DNA of 64,000 nt from Bdellovibrionota bacterium (GCA_050950765.1 JBMNIF010000001.1:448001-512000); one strand, 5' to 3'. Shown: positions 1 to 10,295, counted from the stretch's first letter. Numbers and translations are program-made. The notes: generated from the sequence alone by a model not told the origin.

Positions 1-52
1 TATTGAAAGGTCTACCAGACTTTCTAAAAAATTCCCCTTAGCAACTAAATCT

Positions 53-721
53 ATGTTAGATGTTGTTAAGGCGTTGGGAAGTGTTTTGTATGATGCCAAG
101 CCTGTCGATAGACGCTCTTCAATATTAGTTCCTCAGGGTCTCCCTAAAAAAAGAATTATTTTGAGATCAGGAGATCTTATTTTTATTATTGATGATCAGG
201 AGAGACTCGTTTTTTGCTATGAAGTCAAAGGGGCTAATCTATTTTGCTTTTTAAGAGATGAGCTGAATGAGGCAACAAAGCGTAAAATTTTTAATATCGG
301 CTCACTGGAGATCTCCTCACAAAATCGAAAATATTGTGCTTCCTTGAAGATAAAAGGAAGACGCTACTTTATGTCATTAAATACTGTGCGGGATTTTGCA
401 GAGTATTGTACCATCTCTCAGGTGCCATATATTAAGGTTGAACCTGCTTATACGATTATTGATTGTTTTAGAGCCCTTTCTGTAATTTGTGAACATTCAG
501 AAGATATCGAAAAGAAGTTGATTGAACGGCATGTTTCGATGCTTAGAGCCACCATGTCTCGTTTTATGACTTTTGAGAAGTGGATAATTGCGATAACTGC
601 AGATAATTGTATTGCCCATTGTATAGAAAAAGGTGCTATAACAGCAACAGGTGGCAGGTGGAGATCCTCACAGTTCGGTCGTAATGCAGGGAGAAGGCAT
701 TCTCATAATAGACATCGATAG
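53..721 (+). CDS. hypothetical protein
   Basis: 222 aa ORF co-oriented 38 bp upstream of ppk1; no recognised motif. Confidence 0.55.
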   Translation: MLDVVKALGSVLYDAKPVDRRSSILVPQGLPKKRIILRSGDLIFIIDDQERLVFCYEVKGANLFCFLRDELNEATKRKIFNIGSLEISSQNRKYCASLKIKGRRYFMSLNTVRDFAEYCTISQVPYIKVEPAYTIIDCFRALSVICEHSEDIEKKLIERHVSMLRATMSRFMTFEKWIIAITADNCIAHCIEKGAITATGGRWRSSQFGRNAGRRHSHNRHR

Positions 722-759
722 CTGTTCTATCTGCTTCTGTTTGAAATAAATAAATTCAG

Positions 760-2850
760 GTGGAAATGAACTCCTCCATTTTTAAAATCGATTCGTCGAA
801 AATATCTACAAGGGAGTTGCTTAATCGGGAAACTGCTTGGGTGCAATTTAATGCCAGAGTTTTAGAACAAGCTGCTGACTATCGCCTTCCACTTCTTGAA
901 AGGGTCAGGTTCCTCAGTATCTTTACTACTAATCTTGATGAGTTCGTCATGAAAAGATTGGGAGGTTTGAAAAGAAAGGAATCAGATTATAAAAATAATA
1001 CTGTTGCCGATGAATGTACAGTATCTGATCAGATTGCGGCTATTAGAGAAACGTTGTTGCCACTTTTAAAAAGACAATCTGAAATTTATCAAGAACAGAT
1101 TTTACCTGAGCTTAGAGAGAATAAGATAGATCTGTTCTCTTATGCCGATCTTTCAAATGAAGAACAACAGTGGGCTGACAACTATTTTTTTGAAACGATC
1201 TATCCCCTCCTAAAACCTTTTATTGTTGATGAAGCACATCAATTTCCTTTTATTACAAACCTTTCCCTCTCTCTCGGTGTAACTCTACTTGCAGAGAACG
1301 GTGAAAAGCAATTTGCAAGAATAAAGTTGAATGGGAAGATACCATACCTGATACAGGTGCCGATAAAGCTAGCTTGCGGCAGATATAGGTTTATCACAAT
1401 CGCTGAGATCGTTCGTCAGCATCTTGATTTTATTTTTGCAGGTAAAAAAATTATTGATGTAATGCTTTTTAGAATAACTCGCAATGCCGGATCGGAGTTG
1501 CAAGCAGAGGAAGAGTCTGAAGACTTACTTGAGTTTATTGAGAGGGAGTTGAAGCGCCGTCGTTTCGCGTACGCCGTTAGGTTGGAATATAATCAAAGTT
1601 CAGATGTGTGGATTCGTGATTTCATAATCAAAGCTTTAGATTTAAAAGATATAGATGTTTATGAAGTAAAAGCAGAACTTGATTATTCTGTTTTGGATCA
1701 GATCGTGAACCTACCCCTTCCAGCTCTGAAGTTCCCTCCATTTTCAGCAAAAATCCCGAAAAATATAACGCTTAGTGATAATATTTTTACAGTTATTCGC
1801 AATAACGATCTTTTAGTGCATCATCCCTATCAAAGTTTTTCTGAAACTGTGGAGCGTTTCGTTAAGGAAGCCGCTGATGATAAAGCGGTGCGATCAATAA
1901 AAATGACGGTTTATAGGGTGGGGGATGAAACTCCCTTGTTGCCATTATTGATTCGGGCAGCAGCGAATGGGAAACATGTTGTGTGCTTAGTTGAATTAAT
2001 GGCGCGCTTTGATGAAGAGAGAAATTTACAATTTGCACAAACATTGGGTGATTATGGAGTTAATATAGTTTATGGCGTTCCTGGTTTAAAGATCCATGCA
2101 AAAACCCTCTTAGTTGAGAGAGATGAGTGGGATTGTTTAAGGTGTTATGCCCATATTGGAACTGGTAATTATAACAATAAAACAGCAACACTTTATACGG
2201 ATTTAGGTTTGTTTACAGCAAATCCTACCTACACTCAGGATGCTATGGATCTCTTTAATTTTTTGACAGGACGCATTAAGAAAACGAACTATCACAAATT
2301 ACTCGTTGCACCGTTTAACATAGAATCTCGTCTTATTGAATTGATTGATACAGAGATAAAAAATGCTAAGGCAGGTTGTGTGGCGCGGATTATCTTAAAG
2401 ATGAATGCGCTTGATGATATTCATATAATTGAAAAGTTATATGAAGCTTCCTGTGCTGGAGTTGAAATAGACTTGATTGTGCGAGGAGTGTGTTGCCTAC
2501 GACCTGCTGTAAAAGGGTTGAGTGAAAACATTAGAGTTAGATCTATCATCGGACGTTTTTTAGAGCATTCTCGAATCTATTACTTTGCACACGGTTCGAC
2601 AAACCCTACGGATGGAGTGATTTTTATCAGCTCTGCTGATTGCATGAATCGTAATTTTCATCGGCGTATAGAGATCGCCGTTCCGATAGAAAGTGCAGAG
2701 GCAAAAAAAATATGTTGGCATATTTTAGAGGTGATGCTCTCAGATGATGTCTTGTCTTGGCAGATGCTTAATGATGGTACTTACCGACGTTGTGCTGATA
2801 TCGGAGTGGGTACTATTAACACCCATGAAATGTTACTTTCAGGAGCGTAA
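760..2850 (+). CDS. ppk1: polyphosphate kinase 1
   Basis: NRETAWVQFNARVL, NLDEF, HHPY, ARFDEE, KIHAK, HIGTGNYN and GRFLEHSR motifs; 696 aa. Confidence 0.97.
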   Translation: MEMNSSIFKIDSSKISTRELLNRETAWVQFNARVLEQAADYRLPLLERVRFLSIFTTNLDEFVMKRLGGLKRKESDYKNNTVADECTVSDQIAAIRETLLPLLKRQSEIYQEQILPELRENKIDLFSYADLSNEEQQWADNYFFETIYPLLKPFIVDEAHQFPFITNLSLSLGVTLLAENGEKQFARIKLNGKIPYLIQVPIKLACGRYRFITIAEIVRQHLDFIFAGKKIIDVMLFRITRNAGSELQAEEESEDLLEFIERELKRRRFAYAVRLEYNQSSDVWIRDFIIKALDLKDIDVYEVKAELDYSVLDQIVNLPLPALKFPPFSAKIPKNITLSDNIFTVIRNNDLLVHHPYQSFSETVERFVKEAADDKAVRSIKMTVYRVGDETPLLPLLIRAAANGKHVVCLVELMARFDEERNLQFAQTLGDYGVNIVYGVPGLKIHAKTLLVERDEWDCLRCYAHIGTGNYNNKTATLYTDLGLFTANPTYTQDAMDLFNFLTGRIKKTNYHKLLVAPFNIESRLIELIDTEIKNAKAGCVARIILKMNALDDIHIIEKLYEASCAGVEIDLIVRGVCCLRPAVKGLSENIRVRSIIGRFLEHSRIYYFAHGSTNPTDGVIFISSADCMNRNFHRRIEIAVPIESAEAKKICWHILEVMLSDDVLSWQMLNDGTYRRCADIGVGTINTHEMLLSGA

Positions 2851-3246
2851 TTTCGGAGTCTGTTTCAACGGATTGTAACTTTCCGTTATACGAAGATAAA
2901 AACCGAAGGGGTCAACAATGCGGAAGTCTCTTTTGCCCCACGGCTTTAATTGTAACGTTGAAACTATCTCAATCTTATTTTGGATTGCTTGATAAAGCGT
3001 TTCGATATGTTTCGTAAAGATAACAACTTCAACACCGTAGCCGCGAGGGGTGTCTTTGGGGAATTGCTTAAAGTGGGAGTGTTGAAAAATCTTTTCTGAA
3101 TTGCCGTAAAAAGCGAGAATATTATCTTCAAATTGCAGTACTAAATAGTCAGCTTCGCTCCAGACTTTTTTGAATCCTAAGAGTGAATAAAATTTCAGGG
3201 CTTTATCAAAGTCCGGTATATGCAATTCAATCAAGGTCTTGTTCAT
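2839..3246 (-). CDS. VOC/glyoxalase (bleomycin-resistance) family protein
   Basis: IELHIPDFDKALKFYSLLGF start and PWGKRDFRIVDPFGFYLR motif. Confidence 0.85.
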   Translation of the reverse strand: MNKTLIELHIPDFDKALKFYSLLGFKKVWSEADYLVLQFEDNILAFYGNSEKIFQHSHFKQFPKDTPRGYGVEVVIFTKHIETLYQAIQNKIEIVSTLQLKPWGKRDFRIVDPFGFYLRITESYNPLKQTPKLRS

Positions 3247-3620
3247 TAGCGATGAATAGTTGTTTGTGCTGCTGTAAAAGCAACATCTGGAATAATAAAT
3301 TTCTTAACTTTTACAGTAACTGCTTGCGCTTGTTTTGAAAAAAGTTGCAGCGTTTCTCTACCGACTGCAGAAGCTACGTGTTCAATCAATTCCCAAGCTT
3401 TTGCTTTTAGTAAAGTTTGAACGGTATCACAAACGATCTGATAGTTAACGGTATCTTGTAGTTGAATCGTTTCTCCTGTTTGGTTTTCTGGAAGATCTGA
3501 AAGATAAAAAATAAGTGAAATTGATAGGTGTTGAGGGTGTTGTCTCTCTTCCTCCGTACAACCGATGGCGGCTGATACTTTTAGATCTTCAATAATTATC
3601 TGGCGATTACTTTCACGCAT
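3246..3620 (-). CDS. folB: dihydroneopterin aldolase
   Basis: IGCTEEERQHPQ, DTVNY and LIEHVA motifs; 124 aa. Confidence 0.9.
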   Translation of the reverse strand: MRESNRQIIIEDLKVSAAIGCTEEERQHPQHLSISLIFYLSDLPENQTGETIQLQDTVNYQIVCDTVQTLLKAKAWELIEHVASAVGRETLQLFSKQAQAVTVKVKKFIIPDVAFTAAQTTIHR

Positions 3621-3666
3621 CTTTAGAAGTAGTGCTTTAAAATATCTATTTTTTATGAATGATATG

Positions 3667-3707
3667 GGGAGAGTGGTGCAAAAAATATTTTACACCACCC
3701 TCTTTTT
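3667..3707. terminator. hairpin downstream of ahcY, probable terminator
   Basis: imperfect inverted repeat agagtggtgcaaaa / ttttacaccaccctct, 10 bp past the ahcY stop. Confidence 0.5.
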
Positions 3708-3716
3708 AAATGGGTC

Positions 3717-5009
3717 TTAGTACCTGTAATGTTCAGGTTTGTAAGGACCGTCTTTCGGCACACCGATATATTCGCACTGCTCAGGTGTTAACTCAGTTAG
3801 ATGGACGTTTAGTTTCTTTAAGTGTAAACGCGCAACTTTTTCATCTAAAGTTTTAGGTAACATATAAACGCCGATCTTATATTTCTCCGGATTTGTGAAG
3901 AGTTCAATCTGCGCCATAACCTGATTGCAGAATGAGTTGGACATGACAAAACTCGGATGCCCTGTGGCACAACCGAGATTAACCAATCTGCCACGTGCTA
4001 AGACGATCAATTCTTTTCCATTAGGGAAGATAAATTTATCAACTTGTGGCTTGATATTAACTTCCTTGATCTCTTTATTGTCTGTTAACCAAGCCATATC
4101 AATTTCGTGATCAAAGTGTCCGATGTTGCAGAGAATAGCTTGGTCTTTCATAGCTTGCATATGCTTGCCTGTTACGACCTTCATATTGCCTGTTGCTGTT
4201 ACGATAATATCAGCAATAGGTGCTGCCTCATCCATCGTTACAACTTGATACCCCTCCATAGCAGCTTGTAAGGCACAGATGGGGTCAATTTCGGTGACAA
4301 GCACCCTTGCCCCAAAGTTGCGTAGTGATTGTGCAGAGCCTTTTCCGACTTCGCCGAATCCGCAAACGACAGCCACCTTACCAGCGATCATAACGTCCGT
4401 AGCACGTTTTATCCCATCTGTTAAAGATTCTCTGCATCCATAAAGGTTATCAAACTTTGATTTTGTAACGGAGTCGTTAACATTGATGGCAGGGATCTTT
4501 AATTCACCTTTTTCATACATCTGGTATAAACGGTGCACCCCTGTTGTTGTTTCTTCTGAAACGCCTTGTATCTCTGCCAATAACTCAGGATGCCTTTGGT
4601 GAACTATAAGGGTAAGGTCTCCGCCATCATCAAGGAGCATATTGGGGCCTTTATCTCCGAACTTTAAAGTTTGTTCGATACACCAGTCATACTCTTCCTC
4701 TGTCTCTCCTTTCCATGCAAAAACAGGGATACCACGTGCTGCAATAGCTGCTGCCGCATAATCTTGTGTGGAAAATATATTACAACTGGACCAACGGACT
4801 TCAGCTCCGAGCTCTACTAAGGTTTCAATTAAAACTGCTGTTTCAACTGTCATATGAATACAACCGGCGATACGTGCACCTTTAAGAGGTTTTGATTTTG
4901 AGAATTCTTCACGTACAGCCATTAAGCCTGGCATCTCTTTTTCTGCCAACTGGATAGTTTTTCTACCGAGATCGGCAAGGTTTAAATCTGCTACTTTATA
5001 GTCACTCAT
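3717..5009 (-). CDS. ahcY: S-adenosylhomocysteine hydrolase
   Basis: [49 protein letters not shown] and C-terminal KPEHYRY. Confidence 0.98.
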   Translation of the reverse strand: MSDYKVADLNLADLGRKTIQLAEKEMPGLMAVREEFSKSKPLKGARIAGCIHMTVETAVLIETLVELGAEVRWSSCNIFSTQDYAAAAIAARGIPVFAWKGETEEEYDWCIEQTLKFGDKGPNMLLDDGGDLTLIVHQRHPELLAEIQGVSEETTTGVHRLYQMYEKGELKIPAINVNDSVTKSKFDNLYGCRESLTDGIKRATDVMIAGKVAVVCGFGEVGKGSAQSLRNFGARVLVTEIDPICALQAAMEGYQVVTMDEAAPIADIIVTATGNMKVVTGKHMQAMKDQAILCNIGHFDHEIDMAWLTDNKEIKEVNIKPQVDKFIFPNGKELIVLARGRLVNLGCATGHPSFVMSNSFCNQVMAQIELFTNPEKYKIGVYMLPKTLDEKVARLHLKKLNVHLTELTPEQCEYIGVPKDGPYKPEHYRY

Positions 5010-5206
5010 CGTTAAATATCCTTAATATTTAAAAGCCCACCACTTTTGTCGACTTTTTACAAAACCGCCACTTAGTGAAAACGGTGGTATGGGCACAAAA
5101 ACAGGTAATTACTCATGGTGTTTTATGAGTATATAAAACTACCAAAAACGGCGTCTTGATTATCATATTGGTGCTTTTATGTCTATCAAATGAGAAGCTA
5201 AGTAGG

Positions 5207-5980
5207 TTAAGCGTTCTCCGCTGAAGTTGGAAAATATGCCGCAAAAGTGGCTTTAGTAGCGGATAAAACACTGTCTAAAAGTGGCAAGGCACCTTCAGGA
5301 TTATCAAACTTAACACGGTGCGTGTTCTCTATGAAGCGGGATAAGACCTTAACTTTTTCAAGGTGTGAGATAAGGCTTAACTCGTATTTCAGTTCCGACC
5401 CGACATCTTCGGAGCTTTTTGCTTCAAAGCGGATCTCGCCGTAAGGGGTGATAAAATAGAGTGCTACAAAGCTGGTGGTGTTGTATTTTTTTAAAAACGT
5501 ACTCGGATCTTCCCAAAAGCCATCTTCAAGATCTGAAAAGGGGATCATTAAGTCTGTTTCTTGAGAGCTTTGGACTATTTTTAGACCAGTTGTTTCGCAC
5601 GGTGTTAATTCTTCTGAGGCTTCGCTCTCCTTTGAGAGATCAATAGCTTTAAGTGTTAAGATCAGCTCATGGATCTCCTCTACGATTTCAGCAAAAGATA
5701 GATCTGTCTGCCAAGATACCCTATAATGATCGCTGAAGATCTTGCCTGAAAAAACTTGATATTCATAAGTTTCGGCAGTTGCTGAAAAGCAAACGCAATT
5801 TAGCCCTGAAAGCTCGTCTGTGGCAGGGTATTTATCAATAAAGAAATCGCGTACATAGATTACTCCGTGTGAACTCTGCCCGATGTCATTTATCTCTAAA
5901 ACTATGGGAGCGGCACTCTCTAGTGCCATGATAGGGTTTCCGTCTTCATCCATTTGAGGGGGGTACTCCAAAACTCTCAC
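5207..5980 (-). CDS. hypothetical protein (acidic)
   Basis: 257 aa ORF with AAGGA upstream of the GTG start; no recognised motif. Confidence 0.6.
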   Translation of the reverse strand: MRVLEYPPQMDEDGNPIMALESAAPIVLEINDIGQSSHGVIYVRDFFIDKYPATDELSGLNCVCFSATAETYEYQVFSGKIFSDHYRVSWQTDLSFAEIVEEIHELILTLKAIDLSKESEASEELTPCETTGLKIVQSSQETDLMIPFSDLEDGFWEDPSTFLKKYNTTSFVALYFITPYGEIRFEAKSSEDVGSELKYELSLISHLEKVKVLSRFIENTHRVKFDNPEGALPLLDSVLSATKATFAAYFPTSAENA

Positions 5981-6233
5981 TTTCCTTGATCTTAACAGGG
6001 TGTGCTTACGGTGTAAACCGTATTTTTAGATCGTTTGCGTTAGGGGTTTTTTCTAATAGTTTTTCGTACTTATAACACTTTTATGATGTAAAAATTCTTA
6101 TTTCTTGATGGATCAAAGTTTTGTTATATGAAGATTTACTATAAAACTAAGGAGTGAGACGATTTTTATTGGCGTAGTTTAATTTAATAAAAGAATACCC
6201 ACTAGAGAGAAATTACAAAGGGAACGAGGAAAA

Positions 6234-6721
6234 GATTTATAAAGAAAGTTTAAGGGTGGGTTTAGGTTGTTTTAATTTTGTTATTTGTAGAACGGTAGAA
6301 ACAGGGTGTTTGGATTTATAAAGAAAGTTTAGAGGTGGGTTTAGGTTGTTTTAATTTTGTTGTGTGTGGAACGGCAGGAACAGGGTGTTTGGATTTATAA
6401 AGAAAGTTTAGAGGTGGGTTTAGGTTGTTTTAATTTTGTTGTGTGTGGAACGGCAGGAACAGGGTGTTTGGATTTATAAAGAAAGTTTAAGGGTGGATTT
6501 AGGTTGTTTTAATTTTGTTGTGTGTGGAACGGCAGGAACAGGGTGTTTGGATTTATAAAGAAAGTTTAAGGGTGGATTTAGGTTGTTTTAATTTTGTTAT
6601 TTGTAGAACGGTAGAAACAGGGCGTTTGGATTTATAAAGAAAGTTTAAGGGTGGATTTAGGTTGTTTTAATTTTGTTATTTGTAGAACGGTAGAAAAAAG
6701 ATGTTTGGATTTATAAAGAAA
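6234..6721. repeat. 79-bp tandem repeat, 6 full units plus a partial unit overlapping the start of the next CDS
   Basis: gatttataaagaaa recurs at 6234, 6313, 6392, 6471, 6550, 6629 and 6708. Confidence 0.97.
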
Positions 6722-7378
6722 ATTTTTGGTCTGAACCGTTCTGAGACGGAGGTAAGCTTTGAGGACAGTAGGTTCTTAGAGAATAAGAAGTTGTGGAAAA
6801 AGTTGGTGGATAGTGATTTCAAGGAGGAGTATCTGCATGAATTTGCCATGCAGGTGCGAGCGCAAGATCTGCCACCTGAGGTTTTTTCGATCGTTATTTC
6901 TGCTGGTAGTAAAGATGTTGTGAGCTATTTTTTTGAAGTGGATCCCGCTAGGGGAGATGTTTTAAGTGAGCAAAATGTAGGTGATATATTAGATATCGGT
7001 GGGCTAAAGTTTGTTAAAGGTGAAGGCTTCGCAGAGATTAAAAGTAGAGAGATGAGAGCGTTGAGAGTTTTAACGGGGTACGCCGCACTTCAACCCGCAG
7101 CTTTAGCACGTCTGATGGTCTCAAATCATTGTGTGTTAGTAGCGTTAGCTCTATGGCGGAATCTCATTATGAAAAATGAGAAGTTACTGCAGATAGTGGC
7201 TTCAATTGGTGGCTATCAGAGTAGAGATTTAAAGGGGTATTGTAGAAGCCCTAAGCAGTATGTAATTGATGAAATGACCACCTTAAGGGAAGCGGATATT
7301 ATCCTCATAGAAACGATTCGAAAATATCCAGATAAAGTTTTTGATATCCTTTTTACGCAAGATCAAGAAGTCGCCTAG
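6701..7378 (+). CDS. hypothetical protein
   Basis: 225 aa ORF, mostly helical-looking; no recognised motif. Confidence 0.65.
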   Translation: MFGFIKKIFGLNRSETEVSFEDSRFLENKKLWKKLVDSDFKEEYLHEFAMQVRAQDLPPEVFSIVISAGSKDVVSYFFEVDPARGDVLSEQNVGDILDIGGLKFVKGEGFAEIKSREMRALRVLTGYAALQPAALARLMVSNHCVLVALALWRNLIMKNEKLLQIVASIGGYQSRDLKGYCRSPKQYVIDEMTTLREADIILIETIRKYPDKVFDILFTQDQEVA

Positions 7379-7533
7379 CGCTAAAAATTAGGGCGGAATC
7401 TCTTTTTTTTAATTTATCTTTTGCTATGCTTTGTAATATTTCCCCTGTATTTTTTGGCTTTATAATTAAGGCGCTTTATTCTATCCTGCGGGGGTGATTA
7501 AGATCTGTTCTTATTGATGAGGCTTTTCCCCTT

Positions 7534-8178
7534 ATGGTTGAAAATAGTGCTGATGCTAAAAACGGTACGCCGTCTAAAAAAAGTTATAATCTCCGCAATC
7601 TCTTCTGGTATCTTATCCCATTTTTGATAGTAGGGGTGATCGGGGGTGGGATCTATCTTTTTAAGGGAGAAGACGGCGAGAGTTATGATTTTATTAAGCG
7701 GAGTGAGCCCGTTCTTGTAGGGAAGAATTATTATGTAACTGTTACCTTGATAGAGGTTACTCAAAAAATGGGGGAAGATGGTAAGGACTGGGATCCTATG
7801 GGAGGGCTTCCGGATCTATACTTTCAGATCTTATGGCGAGGGGATGAGGTTTATGAGAGCGCAGTCAAAAAAAACACCTATATCGCCAAGTGGTCTAATG
7901 CTGAGATCGATCTGAGACATTTGGCTCTGACGGGCCGTAAAGTTTCCCTTGATGATGTGGTGCAGGCTGCTAGGATCAATATTGCAGAAGATGAAGAGAT
8001 CACGATCCGTGTTTATGATAGAGATTTTATGAGGTCTGATGATTTAGCAGGAGAGTTTGTTTTGAAAACAACACAGTTAAGGATTGGAGATACTGAGTAT
8101 CTGATTGAAAAGGATAGTTTGAAGAAAATTGTTGTGCGGGTGGCTGATATAGAAAAAGGGCTTGATATCTTAAAGTAG
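7534..8178 (+). CDS. membrane-anchored C2-domain-like protein
   Basis: N-terminal TM helix; DWDPMGGLPDLY...KKNT...W and IRVYDRDFMRSDDLAG resemble C2 Ca2+-binding loops. Confidence 0.65.
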   Translation: MVENSADAKNGTPSKKSYNLRNLFWYLIPFLIVGVIGGGIYLFKGEDGESYDFIKRSEPVLVGKNYYVTVTLIEVTQKMGEDGKDWDPMGGLPDLYFQILWRGDEVYESAVKKNTYIAKWSNAEIDLRHLALTGRKVSLDDVVQAARINIAEDEEITIRVYDRDFMRSDDLAGEFVLKTTQLRIGDTEYLIEKDSLKKIVVRVADIEKGLDILK

Positions 8179-8239
8179 CGTTTATACAAAGATAGTAATT
8201 TTTTTTACGTTCTCTTTTTAAGCTATAAGTATTTTCGTT

Positions 8240-8761
8240 ATGCATATACAAAACAGAAAAAACTATGGCACTTTGGCTATTGTGGTAGTAGTGCTTAGCA
8301 ATATTTTACTTGGGATAGGATTATTTGCACCGGCGATGGTGATAAAACCGGCTTATGGTCAACTTTCCGGTGTTGTTGAAGCTATTCAACCTACATATCT
8401 CGCACCCTCTTCTTATTCGATAGTCTCTGCACTTTATGAACTTTTTATGAGTGGAAGTTGGTTTATCGCTTCTGTTGTTTTAATTTTTTCTGTTTTATTT
8501 CCGCTTTGGAAGTTAGGAGTGTTGTGGAGTTGTTTAGGAAGTTTGAAAGATAGAAGAGAGATTAAGCGGCAGCTACGTTTAATAGAGTCGTTAGGGAAGT
8601 TTTCAATGTTGGATATCTTTGTAATGGCGTTGATTGTACTTTCAATAAAGGGGCTCCCTGGAGGAACTGAAGTGCAACTTAAATGGGGAGTTCCAACCTT
8701 TGCGATCTCAGTTGTATTGGCTATGCTTGCGCCTCAAATTTTAATCCGCAGCAGAGAATAG
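8240..8761 (+). CDS. paraquat-inducible protein A (PqiA) family membrane protein
   Basis: 4 TM segments; FSVLFP and GKFSMLDIFVMAL motifs. Confidence 0.85.
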   Translation: MHIQNRKNYGTLAIVVVVLSNILLGIGLFAPAMVIKPAYGQLSGVVEAIQPTYLAPSSYSIVSALYELFMSGSWFIASVVLIFSVLFPLWKLGVLWSCLGSLKDRREIKRQLRLIESLGKFSMLDIFVMALIVLSIKGLPGGTEVQLKWGVPTFAISVVLAMLAPQILIRSRE

Positions 8762-8777
8762 AGCTTTATAAAAAATA

Positions 8778-9050
8778 TTATTCATCATCCTGCAAAAGGG
8801 CTAAGATCCTACTTTCATCGAGATCTCCTTGTGCTGAAAGAAGTGTCGCAGGTGAGTCTTGTAATTTTGAGACGATATCGGCAGTTAATGAGAGGGCTTC
8901 TTCTGGTGTTGTAAGTTCAGGTTTAACGTCAGTAATGACGGAATCTTGATTCGGAGTTTTCTTTGCAGTGATGTTCAGATCTTCTTTCTTTGGGGTGTAT
9001 TGAGTAAGTTCTTTTAATCGTTGATTTGAATATGGTGTTATCTTTGACAT
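8778..9050 (-). CDS. small protein with a flagellin C-terminal-like tail
   Basis: GAGG RBS; tail LLSAQGDLDESRILALL resembles the flagellin AQAN..P..VL.LL end. Confidence 0.6.
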   Translation of the reverse strand: MSKITPYSNQRLKELTQYTPKKEDLNITAKKTPNQDSVITDVKPELTTPEEALSLTADIVSKLQDSPATLLSAQGDLDESRILALLQDDE

Positions 9051-9206
9051 ACAACCTCTATTATATAAACCTCCCTCACCTTATCTTATTAAAGTTTTGA
9101 TAAACGTTCAGGATGACTTAGTAGGTTAGATGCAAAAAAGATCTAGCTAGATTCAATGTGCAGTTATGCTTGAAATATCGAACCGTTATAGAGGTAATTA
9201 TTGAGG

Positions 9207-9600
9207 GGTGCAGCCGACGGGGGTAGGGGGGTAAGACATTAGCTAGAAGTTAATTTTTTTATCTACTGGGCGCTAGGTAAATTGAGAGGAGCAGCAGAGT
9301 TAAGGGGGGTAGGGGGGTAAGATATTAGCTAGAAGTTAATTTTTTTATCTACTGGGCGCTAGGTAAATTGAGAGGGGCGGTGCAGCTAAGGGGGGTAGGG
9401 GGGTAAGAGACTAGCTAGAAGCCAAGTTTTTTTATTTACTGGGCGCTAGGTAAATTGAGAGGAGCAGCAGAGTTAAGGGGGGTAGGGGGGTAAGATATTA
9501 GCTAGAAGTTAAGTTTTTTATTTACTGGGCGCTAGGTAAATTGAGAGGAGCGGTGCAGCCGACGGGGGTTAAAACATCAGCTGGAAGCCAAGCTTTTATT
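9207..9600. repeat. 86-87 bp G-rich tandem repeat derived from the 3' end of CDS 9522-10295
   Basis: tactgggcgctaggtaaattgagagg at 9264, 9350, 9437 and 9523, plus a partial unit from ~9207. Confidence 0.95.
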
Positions 9601-10295
9601 CCGCGTGATTCTACCATATACCAGTTTCCGCGTTGAAGTTTTACGGGGAGTACAGTTCCGATTGATAGAGCAAAGATGCGTCCACTTTCTCTAGATGGTG
9701 CGCTTCGTAAGACAGCCGGACTTTTTACAACCGATACTACGGCTGGAGTTTTAGCAGAAGGGTTTTTTAAAACAGTTCTGATGGTATGGAGAGTGTCGCT
9801 TATTGAAGGATCTTCTGTTGTGTAAGAATTAAAATTATAATCTCTATTTTTTTCTCTTAAAGCGCGAAGCTCTGCGTGCAGCGCTTTTATCTCTGCTGTA
9901 AGCTCTGCATTTTTATTGTACATGTAAACATTATCAGGGTGTGTTGAAACTTTTGTTATACGGGGAGTGACCTTTGAATGTGAAGGGGTAGGGGAAGTTT
10001 TTAGAGATGGTTTTGGAGGGAGTTCTTTTTTATTTTTGGAACTTTTATCTAAGCTCTTATCAGAATTTCTGTTTAAGTTTTCAGCGGGCTTTTCGTCAGC
10101 AGGTCCTCTATTTAATGAGCCTAAAATTTCATCTTCAAGTTGGATCAATTTATTATTCTGCTCTTCTAAGCTAAGAGAACCATCATCTTCTAAGCCGAGC
10201 ATCTCTAAGAGGTCATCAGCAATAACGGTGTTTGGGATAGAGAAAACCCCTATTTCGAGAAAAATTAAGGCAAAAATGAATTTTATTAGTGACAT
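9522..10295 (-). CDS. exported coiled-coil protein with C-terminal bacterial SH3 domain
   Basis: signal peptide, K/P/S-rich linker, coiled coil, then LRSAPS...GNWYMV...AWLPA (SH3b). Confidence 0.8.
   Translation of the reverse strand: MSLIKFIFALIFLEIGVFSIPNTVIADDLLEMLGLEDDGSLSLEEQNNKLIQLEDEILGSLNRGPADEKPAENLNRNSDKSLDKSSKNKKELPPKPSLKTSPTPSHSKVTPRITKVSTHPDNVYMYNKNAELTAEIKALHAELRALREKNRDYNFNSYTTEDPSISDTLHTIRTVLKNPSAKTPAVVSVVKSPAVLRSAPSRESGRIFALSIGTVLPVKLQRGNWYMVESRGIKAWLPADVLTPVGCTAPLNLPSAQ

Noticed and set aside
5010..5200. SAH or SAM riboswitch upstream of ahcY
   Set aside because: Some inverted repeats are present, but I could not find the conserved riboswitch core sequences
6234..6721. CRISPR array
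   Set aside because: Whole 79-bp units repeat, with no unique spacers
9207..9600. Diversity-generating retroelement TR/VR pair
   Set aside because: No reverse transcriptase is present, and differences include indels and non-adenine changes
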